From: Tubiluchus corallicola
Lineage: Eukaryota; Animalia; Priapulida
DNA length: 64,000 bases
Direction of reading: 5' to 3'
NCBI GenBank assembly: GCA_030141605.1
Contig: JAQGDQ010000001.1
Coordinates: 3,122,306 to 3,186,305, forward strand
Part shown: positions 27,503 to 41,849 of the stretch, piece after piece
Numbering within the stretch: the stretch's first letter is position 1
Layout: each line of letters opens with the position of its first letter
Program-made: the position numbers and the translations under genes
Notes under the pieces: model-generated
The model's input: only the letters and a program-made list of their open reading frames with translations
What the model was told of the DNA's origin: nothing
Databases searched by the model: none

Positions 27503-30500
27503 ATGTAAGTATAGCTAGAAAGACTGGAAATTGTTGTGCTTGTTCAATAATTAAGATTTTTATATGTACAGATCAATGGTCAGTTGCTTCAAGATTCAGG
27601 TACTATCCGTTTGGAGTTTTTGTTAATGTAAATGGATTCTTATGGTTATTTAACAAATGGATTGCCATTTCTACCAGCATTTTTTGCATTTTCATTTTTT
27701 GAGTCTACTCGGCACCTAATTTAATTACCATTCACAGTTGTGAACACGTGGGGTTACTTTTATTTTGTAATCACCTGACTGTACATCAACAAGGCATTTG
27801 TGACTTTATACGCCAGCTACTTGTTGTCTTGTACTAGCCAAAAAATTGATTTACTCTAAGTTTAAGTGTAATTTAACTGGGAAAGTTCTGAATCCCGTCA
27901 TGAATAGTGTATTACTATGCTTTCACCATGTTTCTTTTCGTGCACTTCTAAGGCAGCTCACGTGTAGTTTTGTGTACGTAGTGCCTTCCTCATCATACTC
28001 AGGGTTGCCAGACGTCCCTTATATACGGGGCATATACGGAGCAATCAATTATCCTATGTTTGATAATTTTGTCCCCTGTCTCTTTCCTGACCTTTCAGGA
28101 AAACCCAAATGTCCAGTTTTTAGTTCATTTTCAAATTTTGTAATAAAAATATATTTTTACTACCTTCTTACGGTTCTTATTAGTAACTTTTCTCAGATTC
28201 TCTTGATGAAAATAATTCAAATGTAACAATTAAATAATAATAATATTTTTCTGTTGGCTGTGTTAAATAATTTTCAAATGATTTTGCTTTTTTTCCACAC
28301 AACCAGTTAAAATCCTTGCTTTATGTTTTTAACTTGTCTCTATATATTGGTTTCATATAATTATATATATAAAGTTATATATATCATGTATCATGATATT
28401 GGTTTCATATAATTATATATATAAAGTTATATATATCATGTATCATGTATAAATATAAATATAATTATATATAAAACATATATATATGGTAAGGTATAGT
28501 AATTTACATTGAAAATAATTGGCAAATAGAAAACTTGCTGGAGATTTTAACAATAGCAAATTTTTTTCCGTTATTTATTTTTTGTCTTGTTGTTTTAAAA
28601 CTTCTGCATCTTAGGAAGAACCTAAGAAAATGTTCTAAAATTTTTGATGTTTATACCTAACTGCTTGAACATCAGTCTGGTAAAATTTTAAGTGACTCTG
28701 TTGTTTTCTATATGTAATATCATAATCAAAATTTTTGCACATTTTTGAGCCACTTGATGTATGTATAAAAGCAAAAATTCATTGGCTTTATGTCTCATGT
28801 ATTAAAGCACTTACATTAGCAAGCAAAAGCATAAAATCTTGACCAGTTTTATCTCGAGTAGTTTCATTGATTCAGCTTTGTAACTTCAGGTTGTCGAGTC
28901 GTATTGACTGGGTTAGAGAGACAGTTAAAACAGGTACATCTTTATCAGCAGCTGAGAGATTGAAAGGGCTAAAGGGACACCTATCTTGCCATTCTTTGGT
29001 ATGATGCCTGATCATTACTGACTTATAATCTTAAGATTCTATAATCTTAATATTAAGATTATTATTAATGATGGTACAAATCTGCAGTTTATTGTATCTA
29101 AAGACCATATGTGAAAAATAGGTTAAAGTGTTACCAGTAGGGGAACTGCAGGCTCAACATTAAAATTAATTCAATTAGTAGTTAGAACTGCTCTAGTATG
29201 AGTGATCTAACTTTGGAAATGCTGAACTGGCGGACCAGCTACAAGTGATTAACTTTGGATTGTTACAATTGGAACTGATTAGTCTAATGGCTTTGACATC
29301 TGCTTTGTCAGCAGATAGTCCCTTTTCAAATGCAGACTATGTTCGAGCTTTTTTACATTTCTTGATTTTCAAGTTCAATTTTCTAAATTCAGTTAATTGT
29401 TTCTTTGTACCATTGCATCTGACTGTGTAGCTCATTAAACAGTATTACGAAAATGAAGAAACATTTATGTTAATCAATTTTAATTTGGGATAACAGTATT
29501 AACTCTTAATTCATATCTTTTATAAAGTGTTAATAAATTATAATTATTTGCCTTACTGCCAAAAAGCAAAATCGTGATGCCGATTTTGAGAAAAGGATGA
29601 TTCACTAATGTATAGTACATACGTAGGGTGCATGGACATTAAAATAATTTTGTTTTTCAGCAAACAGTTGGTTGTAGCAGCTCTAGTCAGTTCTTCGTTC
29701 GCTGCCCATTTCCAGAAGTTTCCTTGCCTGATAATGTAACTGTATCTCAGTTCTGCTTACACGAATGTGACAAACATCCTGATCGCGTTGCCTTAATTGA
29801 TGCAAATACAGGTTTGATGTACACTTATGGGAAGTTAAAAATTTTAGTGAGAAATTTTGGCTACTCACTGGTGCAGCTGGGTTTTAGAAAAGGTGACGTA
29901 TTTGCGATATGTTCTCCGAACTCTCCAGAATACATTATCGTTTTCTTGGCAGCTGTTCAACTTGGAGGTATTATAACAACTACTAATCCAGAAAACACTG
30001 ATCATGAGCTGTATGGCCAGTTTGTAGATTCGGGCGCAAAGTGGGTGTACACAACGTCTTTGATACAAGAAAAGGTTGGTAGTGCAGCTATAAGGACTGG
30101 TCAAATACGGAAGATTATAGTTTTGGGAAATGCACATTTTAAGGACACTGTAACATTTGATGACTTGCTTCAAAGCGATGCACCAGCATTTCTAAATCAA
30201 TGTAAAATTAATGTAAAAGCTGACTTGGCAATATTGCCGTATTCTTCGGGAACTACAGGAAAGCCGAAGGGAGTTCAGTTGACACACTACAATGTTGTAG
30301 CGAACAATCTCCAGGCTCAACTGCAATGGCCATTCAGACAAGAAAACAAGTATCTTTTTCTTGTGCCAATGTTTCACATTTATGGCACTTTTCTTATACT
30401 TGGAATTCTGCATAGTGGTGCTGCTTGTGTCATCTTGCCCAAGTTTCACCCACCTGATTTCTTGAACACCATCCAGAAGTACAAGATAACTCATGTTCAT

Positions 30501-33500
30501 CTTGTTCCACCAATCATTAATTTTTTGGTGAAATCTAGCATGCCAAATACCTATGACTTGTCATCATTACAAACTATTTATTGCGGTGCAGCACCTTTAG
30601 GTAAGATTTTCACATCTTTTCCGAAGATCTATTTTTTTAGTAAAGTATGTCTCAGAAGTTGGTTTACATTTTGATGCTGCTTACGGTTACAAGAGTTAAT
30701 GCATCAACCAAAATATAGGTGTTTAAAATAAGGTCAAAATTTTTAGCCAGATATTCATTAAGAAATAATGGAAACATTGGCATATGTTGTCATCGTTAAA
30801 ATGAACTGTTGTTATATGGGGAGTTGTTTTAACTCTCTCCATCACTTTCAATATTGAATGATAAATTCAGAAACCAAAGTTGCCGTAAGAGGTTGTTAAA
30901 AATAAGAGCTTGACTGCTTTTAGATATTCTTGAAACTATATGTACGTGTGGCTTTGTGGCTGTTTTTTAACCTCTAACATTAAGGTTTTGACAGTTTAAC
31001 ATCTCATGAGTCTTTTATTAAAAGAAAAGTCATGGCTGTTGTTGGCAAGTTGACTTATTTTAACATCTGAGAAAAATGTTATAAAGTTTAAGCAATAAAA
31101 TTCCCATAAGCGCCTCTTGTAATTAGTGGCAGCAATTTGAAGTAGTGATCATTTCACGCTATTCATTGGGTGCACTCATTATGAATGAAAAATGACATCG
31201 TTCGGTTACTGTGCAATATCAACCCTTCAGTGCTTCATAGTGTTTAAGCGAACTTTTGCAAATGCAGGCACTGTTATTAACTATAAACTATCCAAAATAT
31301 TAAAGGAGAGATTATAAATACTGTTTTTTTATTAATCTGGTTGCCCACTGTGTAAGGAAAGCAATTACTGATGACAGAACAGTAATACGAAAATCTGGCT
31401 AGTTAACTCCCAGAGAGCAACAGAATAATTAGTTTAATAAGCTAAAACTCAACTTTATAAGCTAGGTAACCCACCTGACATCAGTACGTAGGTGCAAAAT
31501 TGCACGCTTGTCTAAAAGTCAACATATATCTGTATGTCCAGTACAATACTTGCGATTTTTAAGATATAATCCTGTGAATTAAAACTGTGGAATAAGGTAA
31601 CATAACAAGTATTAGCAATGTAAGTTGATGCTAATTGAGCGGATGACTAATTTTTACAAAAACATAATTAAACACAAAGATTTAATCAGCTAGTGAGTGA
31701 ACTCCAGAAATTTTGCTATGCGTGCCTTCGTGCTGTCTGCTAGCTTATGTAATTTTTTTCAAATGTGCCCGCAGTGAGGCTCGCTTAGTGGGAAATAAGA
31801 ATTTAAATTTCTCTTGCATTTTAACAAGGTGTTTTATGCACGCATATTGTGTAATAATTTTAATATTTTTAATTGCTTATTAAGATACAATGAATGTCGT
31901 TTGAGATTAGTTTTCCTTTTAAATTCGAGTTTGTGGAATATGAATTTTAGCTTTAATTTATTGTTGCTTCATTGGATAAATCTTTCTTACAAAATTATTA
32001 TCACTGCTGACTTAACCACTGACCTGAACTGCAAGTGCTTAAACCAAAGTTTTACGGCAGGTTTATCCATCTAACTGACACTTTTTCTCGTTTCTTATTA
32101 GCAAAAGAAGTAGGAGATGAGCTGTTAAAAAAATTTCCAACTTTGAAGACTTTCCAGCAAGCTTGGGGTATGACTGAGACAAGTCCTATTGGCACGGCTA
32201 TGCCGGAAAACGAGGCATTTTCTGGCTCAGTTGGCTACCCTGTGTTAAATACAGAAATGAAGGTACTTATTTAAACGCAGTTACAAATCCTATAAGAATT
32301 TTTGTTCTAACGCTTCTGCCCTGTTTCGTAATTACGTTAGTGTTGATTGTGAATTGCCAAATGTTTTTTAAGTATTGTTAATGTTGATTTAGGTTGTTGA
32401 CTTTGAAACGGGTGTATCGCTTGGTCCGAACAAAGAGGGTGAACTGTGGCTTCGAGGACCTCAAGTGATGAAGGGCTACCTCAACAACCAGACCGCAACT
32501 AACGAATGCATTATGGCCGATGGATTTCTGCGAACTGGAGATACTGGATATTACACTGAGGATGGGTAAGTATTTGTTCAACACATTTCAAAGCTCATAT
32601 AAATCTTAAGTGGTGACTTATGACTGATTATTTTCTTTTAACTTTTGAACAGATTGTTCAAAATGGAGTTTGTAAACTAACATAGATGTAGCAAAAGCAG
32701 CAATAATAGTATGTTAATTTTAAACCACTTAAGAAAGTAAAAGGGTTTTCCTTTATTTTTGGTTCCATTTCAACATGGCTTTAGTTGCAAAAATGATCAT
32801 CTAAATGTGGATACAAAAATTTTGAAAACTGTTTAGTAGGAATTGCTCAATGAGAATCGAATTTTCTGTAGCTTTTTTCTTTGAAGAAACCATGGATAGG
32901 GTTAATGATGGTACAAACCCCACAATTAATGAAAGAAAGATAGGAAATGTGAAAAGTTGTAATACAACCAAGATTTGAACCAATACCTGCAATATTGAAA
33001 ATGCTGAATTTGGGTGGCCATCTATAAGGCTGTACTTTGGACTGCCTTGATCACTGAGAATTCAGTTGCCTAGTGGTCTAAGGCATCTGACTTTTAAACA
33101 GGGTCCCTGCCACCTGGTTCGAAGTCAAACTGTTTTCTCAACTTTTTCAAATTTTCACTCATTCAAGCTTCTATTAAAATTTAATTGTTGCTTTTGTACC
33201 ATCACCATTAATAATAATAATAATGATAATCATGAACAATCTTATTATTATAATAATTAATGGGTAGGATTAAATTGTGGAGAGGTAAGACGAGTTATGA
33301 AAAAACTGTAGGAAGGTAAATGGCAATTGCTTGTTTTCATTTATAGGCATTTCTTTATCATTGATCGAGTAAAAGAGCTCATTAAGTACAATGCATATCA
33401 AGTAGCACCAGCTGAGTTGGAAGCGCTGTTGCTGACGCATCCTGGTGTAGAAGACGTTGCTGTAATTGGAATTCCAAATGAATGGTCAGGAGAAGTACCA

Positions 33501-33686
33501 AAAGCCTTTGTTGTGAGGAAGCATGACAATGTGACAAAGAGAGAGTTGATCAAGTATGCTGAGCAGAGACTTGCACGTTATAAATGGATCAGGGGCGGTA
33601 TTGAATTTGTACCAGAAATTCCTAAATCACCAAGTGGAAAAATCTTAAGAAAAGTTTTACGGATGAAAGAAAAAAGTAAACTTTAA
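27503..33686 (+). CDS. Copy 3: 4CL-like/luciferase-like acyl-CoA synthetase, ~574 aa, both PTS2 (RLKGLKGHL) and PTS1 (SKL)
   Basis: Exons 28890-28998, 29661-30600, 32102-32262, 32393-32565, 33347-33686, all GT-AG and in frame. The start codon is inferred as AT (27503-04, followed by gtaagt) plus G (28890). Motifs [56 protein letters not shown]; ends KSKL*. The start is less certain than the body. Confidence 0.9.
28345..28447. repeat. ~52-bp AT-rich tandem duplication
   Basis: atattggtttcatataattatatatataaagttatatatatcatgtatcatg twice. Confidence 0.85.
33063..33132 (+). mobile_element. tRNA-derived SINE head or tRNA pseudogene in the last intron of copy 3
   Basis: A-box-like tagtggtctaagg, anticodon-like loop ctgacttttaa, B-box ggttcgaag; cloverleaf imperfect. 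Confidence 0.45.
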
Positions 33687-36600
33687 TGTTTTAAAGTAAG
33701 TTAATGTAGATTTTTGAATGCTAATAAGTGCCAAATGACCACATATCAAACGCACATTCTAATAAGATTTTCTTGCAACTTTCAATAGAAGTTAACTAAA
33801 GTTACTACGTAAAGCTGTTAACATTATCAATATCTGATGAATGATCTAAGTATTTTTTGTAAGAATTTAAGTAGTAGTTGTGTTGCATTCATCTTTCCAT
33901 GAGGAATGTAGTTTAGCATTATGTCGATAAAACTGTTAAATTATTTTTAGAGATGTAATTATAAAAAAAACTAACATATATACTGTAATTGGAGTAAGAC
34001 GTTACACAAATGTAACTAGTACCAAAAAGTTGTTCCAAATTTGTGGAACTGTAATTGTAACTTTTCCTTTTTTATTGTAATTTGCAATGGAAATATCAGT
34101 TACTTGTACTATTACATTTGTGTAGAATGAAACGAATGGTTTGTCATACTGCAAGTTGTAACGTACTGTTTAATGTTGTACATTTGTACTCTGCCCATTA
34201 CATTCATCTTTTACTACTTTACAATAGATTGTGATACAGTAGTTTCTGTTGTACAAGCCAGCAGCCTGACCTTTATTCTAGAATGAACTTTGATGCCTCA
34301 TACCCATTCCAAACATGATAATTTCATGTAACAGCTGCTTTTTATAAGAAATGTAACTGTAACTAATTACTTTACAGATGGTGGGGAAGAAGTGTAACTG
34401 TGACCAGTTACTTTTTTTGACAGTGTACCTGTACCAAGTTATATTTTCAAGCATACATCTGTAATGGTAACTGATATTGTTGTACATTAATAAATGAACT
34501 ATTCCAATACTGCGTACATATATAATAGATTTTGAGGGTCTTCTGTCAGTTTAATAAGCAGTCGTTTTTGCATTACTGGTAACATGAACTACAATTTGTT
34601 TTAGTCTGTTGCAAATGTTGTTGCTTTACATGGTGGTGTTGGAGATTTTATATTTTTTTGCCAAATTGTGATAATAATAGTCTTTGGAAATTTTCAAAAA
34701 CAGCATTTTTATGCACATAATATTATAGAAACTAATATATTTATGAATGCATGAAATTAGCTAATTAAGAAAAAAATTTACGATAAGTTTTTTAAAATTA
34801 CAACTATGTCTTGTCAAAATAAAAATATTATAAAGATCATTGTCAGTTATACGGAAATTTAAAGCATAAATAAAGACTAGTTTTATTATTTCTGGCTATA
34901 AGTCACTACTGGTATGTTTCCAACCACCAAATTCATGACAATTTTAGCATTTAGTTACACTAAGCCAAAAGTAACAGCAAGAAAGCAGTATCATCGAATT
35001 GTTACTTGTCATGAACTATTTAGTACAACAATAATGTTGACAGCACTTGATGGTAAAGACTGGATGCTGGCTCATAGATAGGATCGATCAAACTCACTAA
35101 TTTACCATAATATGGTTTCAATTTATATTTGTTTATGTACTCAGATTTGGGGTCTACTCTAGTGCCACTCAGTTCAGCTTAATGTCATCATTGCAGTTGT
35201 GGGCTTGTGGCAGCCATCTGAATTAGGCATAACATTTTTAAAAATAAGTTAGGCCTATCTGTTACTATAATTATCAAATTTTCTTAAGTTTTTTTCACTA
35301 GTCTGTGCCGCAGACATGTTGGCCTTTCTTTTGTCATTTAACATGAACTGTGTCACAACAAATTATTATATGTCTAGCTGGTTGGAATGTTCTTCGTTTG
35401 GCCACCTACCTTTTCGCATATTGGTGCACATTTGCTATGCACAAATCACAAGTTTATTTAAAGTCAAATACTGTATAACAGTTAATAACCTAGTTGACCT
35501 GATGAATAAACAAAATAGCAAATTATTTTTCCTTCAAAATTTGGTTGTAAGTATGCTACTTCACACATATCGATTGAGCTATAAAGCTAGGACTGCTTGA
35601 GTTCTGGTAGACAGTTGCAAAGATTTGCTTAAAAAATTGCAAAAAAGGTTGCGCGATTAATGATTCAGTATCGATGACATCGTGAGCCTATGCGAACTCA
35701 TAGTAGTAACTTATAAGCCTTCACAGTAGTTTACTAAATTGAATATGCTAAGTAGTTAGAATGCAGTCAAACGTCTTTGTTCCATCCACATTGGGACTGT
35801 AAAAAAGTTGGCAGTACAGCGAGTTTGACATTACAACGAAGTGCATTAATACATACATGTTTATCCAAATAATATTATAGGCATTTTATTTTGCTAAACA
35901 TTTGGGCATTGAGCGAGGACAGCAGTATAAAGTGGGGCGTTATAATGAGGATTTACTGTAGTTGCTTAATGTGTTCTTGTATTCTTATCAAAAAAGTTAA
36001 AAAGGTCAGATGGTTATGTTTAGGATTTTCGGTCTTACCAAATGTCAGTGCTCTACTTGGTGTCATTGTGTTCGTTAGCTGGTTTATTTGTGTTACAAAA
36101 CCACCTATGTTATTTATGTTTAATTATGTTAACTGAATTTTGATTCCAAACTGGAAAATGTATGAAAGAGAAAAGGTTTGAATGCATCCTGGATTTGAAC
36201 AAGGGAGTACTGGGCCTCCATACAATCAGTTATCGAGGCAGCCCAAGTTAATCCCTTATGGCTGTCCTATTAAATTAGTCAGCATTTCCACGCATGTGAT
36301 TAATTAATTATCATAACTTAATGAGTTAACTAGTGAATTTGTGCTTAATTGCTTGATACTAGGTGGCGCAACGAGCCGCATGTTCGCAGGCTATAGCGAA
36401 TTTTCGTTACCTGGTGTTGGCGAAATACAGCAGGTAGGTCGAAGTTTTGCTGGGTTCATCAACAATGGTTAACACCTTCGTAAGACGCTTCGTACAGTTT
36501 TTTGTTTTCTTAAAGTTGTGATCGCATCTAATAACCTCTACGAAACTTTTGCTAATTCCATGATAAGCCTAGGAATGTTCTTACCATTCGAATGATCTTA

Positions 36601-36885
36601 CGTTCGTAAGAAATTTAGTGAATCCGCGCCCTGGTTTTTATTTAGGATATTCATAAATCATATTTATTCACAGAAATGGGCGAAGAGGTGTGGGTATAAC
36701 ATGTTAATTTAAAGGCGAATACTACACGTAATACGTGCACCACTTCTTTACAGGTTTATCAGGGTAACAGATCGTCTAGCTGGCTAAAAAATTACCGACT
36801 TGTATAAAAAGTTACTGGCATATAAGACTAGTTTACACATTTTTATGTATTGGTTCGTTACAAAGAGTTAATATAATTATATGTA

Positions 36886-37021
36886 TAGATCTCAGCATGA
36901 TATTGCACTACACAGATGTGTGTGAGCTACATATATATATTAGGTTTCACATATGTGTGTATGACCCATGAACATTACGAGCTACACACGTCTGTGTGGT
37001 GCAATATCATGCTGAGATCTA
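36886..37021. mobile_element. Small fold-back element (MITE-like hairpin)
   Basis: tagatctcagcatgatattgcactacacagatgtgtgt ... acacacgtctgtgtggtgcaatatcatgctgagatcta; ~38-bp arms with two mismatches and TA ends. Confidence 0.75.
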
Positions 37022-37132
37022 CCTCTTTATTTACTAGCTTATTTCAAATATTTCTCTTTGAGTTTAATTGCAATAGAACTTTTAACAATTGCTGCAGTTT
37101 GTATTGTACAAATTATGTTTTCAGCATTAGAT

Positions 37133-40100
37133 ATGGCAAACAGAAATTACTTATCATTACCAAGCAAGCCAGTTGAGGAACAACTGCAAAGAACATTTGG
37201 ACACACGGTCAAACCAGCAGCTCTGGTATGTTAAATTTGCTAGTTGATTATGATATCAATTGCATTACTATAGGTGTTCATATGCTTTTACTTTGAAATG
37301 TTTGGATGTTTTGACATGTTAGCAGCATTGCAGCAGCCACACTTTGTTTAAAAATTTCAATGCCATGGCAGCACATCCAGACATTACAAAATAAGAATTA
37401 TGAGAATGGTCATCTTTTTGAACTGTCGGTTCAATGATGGCCAAACACATGACTTGTTGATTATATCTATGATACTGTTTGAAAGTTCTGTTGAAGCTAA
37501 TAAAAACATGCAGTGTTACTTCTCCAGATAATTTACAAAGACTTTTAATTTCAAATCATCTAACAAAAGTTATTATTTGGAAAAAACTTAATATTTCATT
37601 TTTGATCACTACAGATGCTATAGGCTGTATGATTTTCGGAAAAATGATAAATATTTTTAGATAAAGAAAATTTATTAAACGTTATTATTAGAATATTTTT
37701 TTCAGAAAATTGCATCGTGTAGTGCACAAGGTAACATCATCAGAAGTCCATTTCCCGATGTTGATATACCAGATGTTTCAGTTTATCAGCTTTTTCTGAA
37801 CAGTTGTTTTGCATACCCACAAAATTTAGCAGTCGTTGATGCTGAAAATGGCCAAGCATATACCTATGAACGATTACTGAGATGCGTAAAAAAATTTGGC
37901 AGTGCTCTTGTACGGAGAGGATTTAGGAAAGGTGACATATTGGCAATATGTGTTCCCAACTGCCCAGAGTACGTAATACCATTCTTTGCTACAGTGGCTA
38001 TTGGCGGAATAGTAACAACAATAAATCCTGTTTATACTGCAAATGAAATATATCATCAATTGCAAGATTCTCAGCCAAAATGGATAGTGACAGCACCTGA
38101 AGTACTAGAACGTGTCTCTCAAGCTGTTGATATGAAAATGGGAAATGAAGTAGTCATTGTTATTGGGGAAGAAGTGACTAAAAAGCATTTGTTGTTTTAC
38201 AACTTATTAAAAGATGATGGAAACGCCTTCCCAGAATGTGTTCCAATAAATGTGCAAAACGATGTAGCCATTTTGCCATATTCGTCAGGTACCACAGGGA
38301 AGCCAAAAGGAGTAATGTTAACACATTACAATTTAGTAGCCAGTGTGCATCAGACAAGAATGTGTTGGCCTGTTGCACAAGAAAACAGATATATTTGTTT
38401 TCTACCTATGTTCCATTTATATGGAATCTTTTTAACTCTGCTTGCGCTAAGTCATGGAGCATGTATCTATTATCTTTCAAAGTTTGAACCAAGGTTATTT
38501 CTTCAAACACTGGAAAAGTACAAGATAACACATGCACACCTTGTACCACCCGTTGTTAACTTCTTGGTCAAGTCGCCACTTACAATGAAATATGATTTGT
38601 CAAATCTTGAGAAAGCTTACTGTGGAGCTGCTCCATTAGGTAGGTGTGTAGTGCAAGTTGCTTATTTTTCTTCAATAGTCCGATCATCATCACAGTAACT
38701 TTTAACAAAGAAGTCAGCGCTAGTAAAAATGGTTATAAGAACATCCGCATTGATTTGGCAATTGTGGTAGGCCTGATCTAATATGGGGATGATTTACACT
38801 TTTTGTACTTTCAGGAAAAGAAACTAGTGAAGAACTTCTACGAAAAATTTCGTCATTGCAATTGTTGCAGCAAGGTTTTGGCATGACAGAAACAAGCCCT
38901 GCTATCACCGTCTGTCCAGAAACAGAAATGATTCCATCTACTGTAGGATATGTTGTGCCAAACTCTGAAGTGAAGGTAACTAGTAAAAGTGGTTTTTAAC
39001 TCTTATTCAGTTAGGGAACATTTATATTTCCGAAATTACGTTAAATTTTTATAACATTTCTGATTATTGTTGTAGGTTGTTGACTTACATAGCGGAAAAG
39101 TTCTTGGCCCAAATGAGGAAGGTGAGATCTGTGTACGAGGTCCCCAAGTGATGAAGGGGTATCTGAATAATCCAAAAGCAACAAATGAAACTATTTATCC
39201 TGATGGTTTTTTGCATACTGGTGATACTGGTTACTACACTGATAAAGGGTCTGTACTAATGGAATTTGATAATTTAGAGTTTAAATACCACAGACCCCTA
39301 ATGTGCAATTTACATCACAGTAACAGCAGTGCACAAGAGTGTGTTGGCCTGTTGTATGAATGTATTGTATTACATTCATGACAAGTAAAATACACTACAT
39401 TAATCCCATATTGCAGCAACACATTTTACCACATTTACGATTATTCATCTATTTTTTGTGTAAGAAATGTCCTAAGTGATATCTTGCTGCTGCATACTTC
39501 TTACAGATTACAGTCAGTCAACAAAATTGAACAAATATAGTTAATACAGTGTGATTTTGCAACCTATTACTATTATTATTAGTTACTTAAACTTTGCTGA
39601 TAGTGGCTATTATTTAATATTTCCCTAACAGCTTTTTTCATGCCATTATAATAATGATCCACCAACTTTTCTTAAACTTCTGTGGTTCATCAAACCAGCA
39701 ATTTTGTTATTGTTGTCTAGTTATTGGCATCTGAGCTTTTAATTTTATACAGTGTCATAAGAATGTGAATTGAGAGCTTCCAATTTTTTGATACAGCTGA
39801 AAATTGTTTAGTTACAAATTTTGCAGCATGATTTCTGTTGACATCTGTAATCGTTGAGATTTTGTTCATTTAAGCACCAGATTCAGATTTCGGGATTAAT
39901 AATTGCTTGTTGTAATATAGGTTTTTTTTCAGTAAAATATTTTCTCATGAAGTGTTATGGAAGTTAAACGTTGAGAATTGATGGTTTGGGTAAATAGGTG
40001 CCACACACTTAGTAACCTTTGTTCACTTGCATTGATATATCTTTTCAGACTTTTCTACATTGTTGACAGAGTGAAAGAACTCATAAAGTACAACGCGTAC

Positions 40101-40397
40101 CAGGTAGCACCAGCTGAATTGGAAGCATTACTAATATCCCATCCTGGTATAGAAGATGCAGCTGTAATTGGAATTCCTGATATGAGAACTGGTGAAGTCC
40201 CAAAAGCATTTATAGTGAAAAAAGACAAGACCTTAACTGGAGAACAAATTAAGATGTTTGTGAAGCAAAATGTTGCAAATTTCAAACAACTGAGAGGTGG
40301 ACTAGAATTTGTGACTGAAATTCCAAAGTCGGGCAGCGGTAAGATTCTCCGAAGGATACTGCGGGAGAGAGAGCAACAAATTCGTAGTAAATACTGA
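37133..40397 (+). CDS. Copy 4: 4CL-like/luciferase-like acyl-CoA synthetase, ~569 aa, degenerate PTS2 (QLQRTFGHT), C-terminus SKY
   Basis: Exons 37133-37225, 37706-38639, 38815-38975, 39076-39248 (weak GTCTGT donor), 40049-40397 (1710 nt, in frame). Motifs [56 protein letters not shown]. Confidence 0.9.
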
Positions 40398-41849
40398 ACA
40401 GAACGCGTAATCAGAAAAAACTGTGATTTTCTGACTTATTCATAAGTGAAGTACAAAATATAGTTTATCTGTGTAAATGGCATTTATACAGTACATGTAG
40501 TAACACTACAAACATATAAAACAGTAGAACTTTATTAAAGTAATGTTTAGTGTACCTATGTGTGAATCATGGCCATCATGACGGCATTACATGTAAATCA
40601 TGCTGTTTCTGAAAGCATCCTTTGTAGTTGCAAGCATAGTTTGTTTATAGTGTATTGTTTAAAAATTTGCAGTTTAAAGCTTGATTATTTACATTGATAT
40701 ATGAATAATGAAAATAAAACAATCACAATATATAAGCAATTACAAAATAATAAAAAAATGACAGTGAAAATCTTGTTAGTTTGACACTAGTTCACCAAAA
40801 CACAGCGGTTTAACTATTTCTTACTGTTATGCACAGGTTATGGCATGAGCTATTTTTAACAAAATAATGGTAATGGCCACTTGCTGAATGTTATGCTGAA
40901 CAACAAGAAAACTGTACAAAGAACATAAACTCTAATAAAGAAATTAGCTGAATGACAGAAACAGATTTGTACCATACATTTTGTACAATATGTTTTGTGT
41001 GCTTGTACAAATATAAACAATACATAATTTCAGCTCTGTACTGCATTAAAAAAGAACTTTCACATTCAGTTACTATATTAAATAAAGTTAGTATTAACTT
41101 GAAATAAAATATCATTCTGAAAATACCTCACTTTAACGTTAAGTCCCATTTACTTTGCTATTTATCTTTCATTTACAGTATGTACATGCAAATGTTTAAC
41201 ATAGAAACAGTGTTTGTTTACTCAGTTTTGTGTATCACAAAGTACAAGTAAACCGCACTTTTCCCAGGTCCATCTCTATGTAGACAAGGTACATGACTAT
41301 ACGTGCCAAGTTTCTTGTTTTCTTTTAAATGGCAAATGTCAAGTAAGTAGCTATCCTGACATATTATGTAGATTTTTAATTTTTATATGACGTTTAACAT
41401 TTTACTAGACTTCATTCTTAGTGAGATTTACATTCTTCGTCACAAAAAAATTGCTTTTGGTCAGTTAGTGTGCGCTGTATGTATAAAGTCAAAAAGGTAA
41501 TAGCCAAGAGGTCAAAGTGTCTGCTTATAACCGAAATTAAGCAGTGCTGAAGTTGGTCAGTGAATGGCTGGATAATCACCAGGCTCATACTCGATCTGGG
41601 AAGTTTCATGTATCATAGTGATTCTGGCAGGTTTACCTTGTTGGCCATTGTTGAGAGAACATATTCACGTGGCTTAAACACAGTACCAGTTCAGTGTCTC
41701 ATTTTAAGGTTGAGTTAGATTCTGGTCTCTCCACAACCATTCACTTTAAGTAGAGATAATCACTGATTCCAGCCTGTAGTATGTCAGTCTGTAAAATGAT
41801 GTTAATATATTGCTATTTTCAGATACTTTGCCAGTCAGGATAAGTAAAG

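Noticed and set aside
23661-33132. Functional tRNA genes at 23661 and 33063
   Set aside because: A and B boxes are present but acceptor and anticodon stems pair poorly; better explained as SINE heads or pseudogenes.
33900-34515. GTAAC-rich hAT-like element downstream of copy 3 (and a GAACT-rich stretch at 25.9-26.05 kb)
   Set aside because: Likely decayed non-autonomous transposons, but I could not define both TIRs or a target-site duplication.
40395-40445. Cryptic PTS1 by stop-codon readthrough in copy 4 (also checked for copy 2)
   Set aside because: The copy-4 extension ends in TYS and copy 2 has tandem TAA TAA; neither gives a PTS1.
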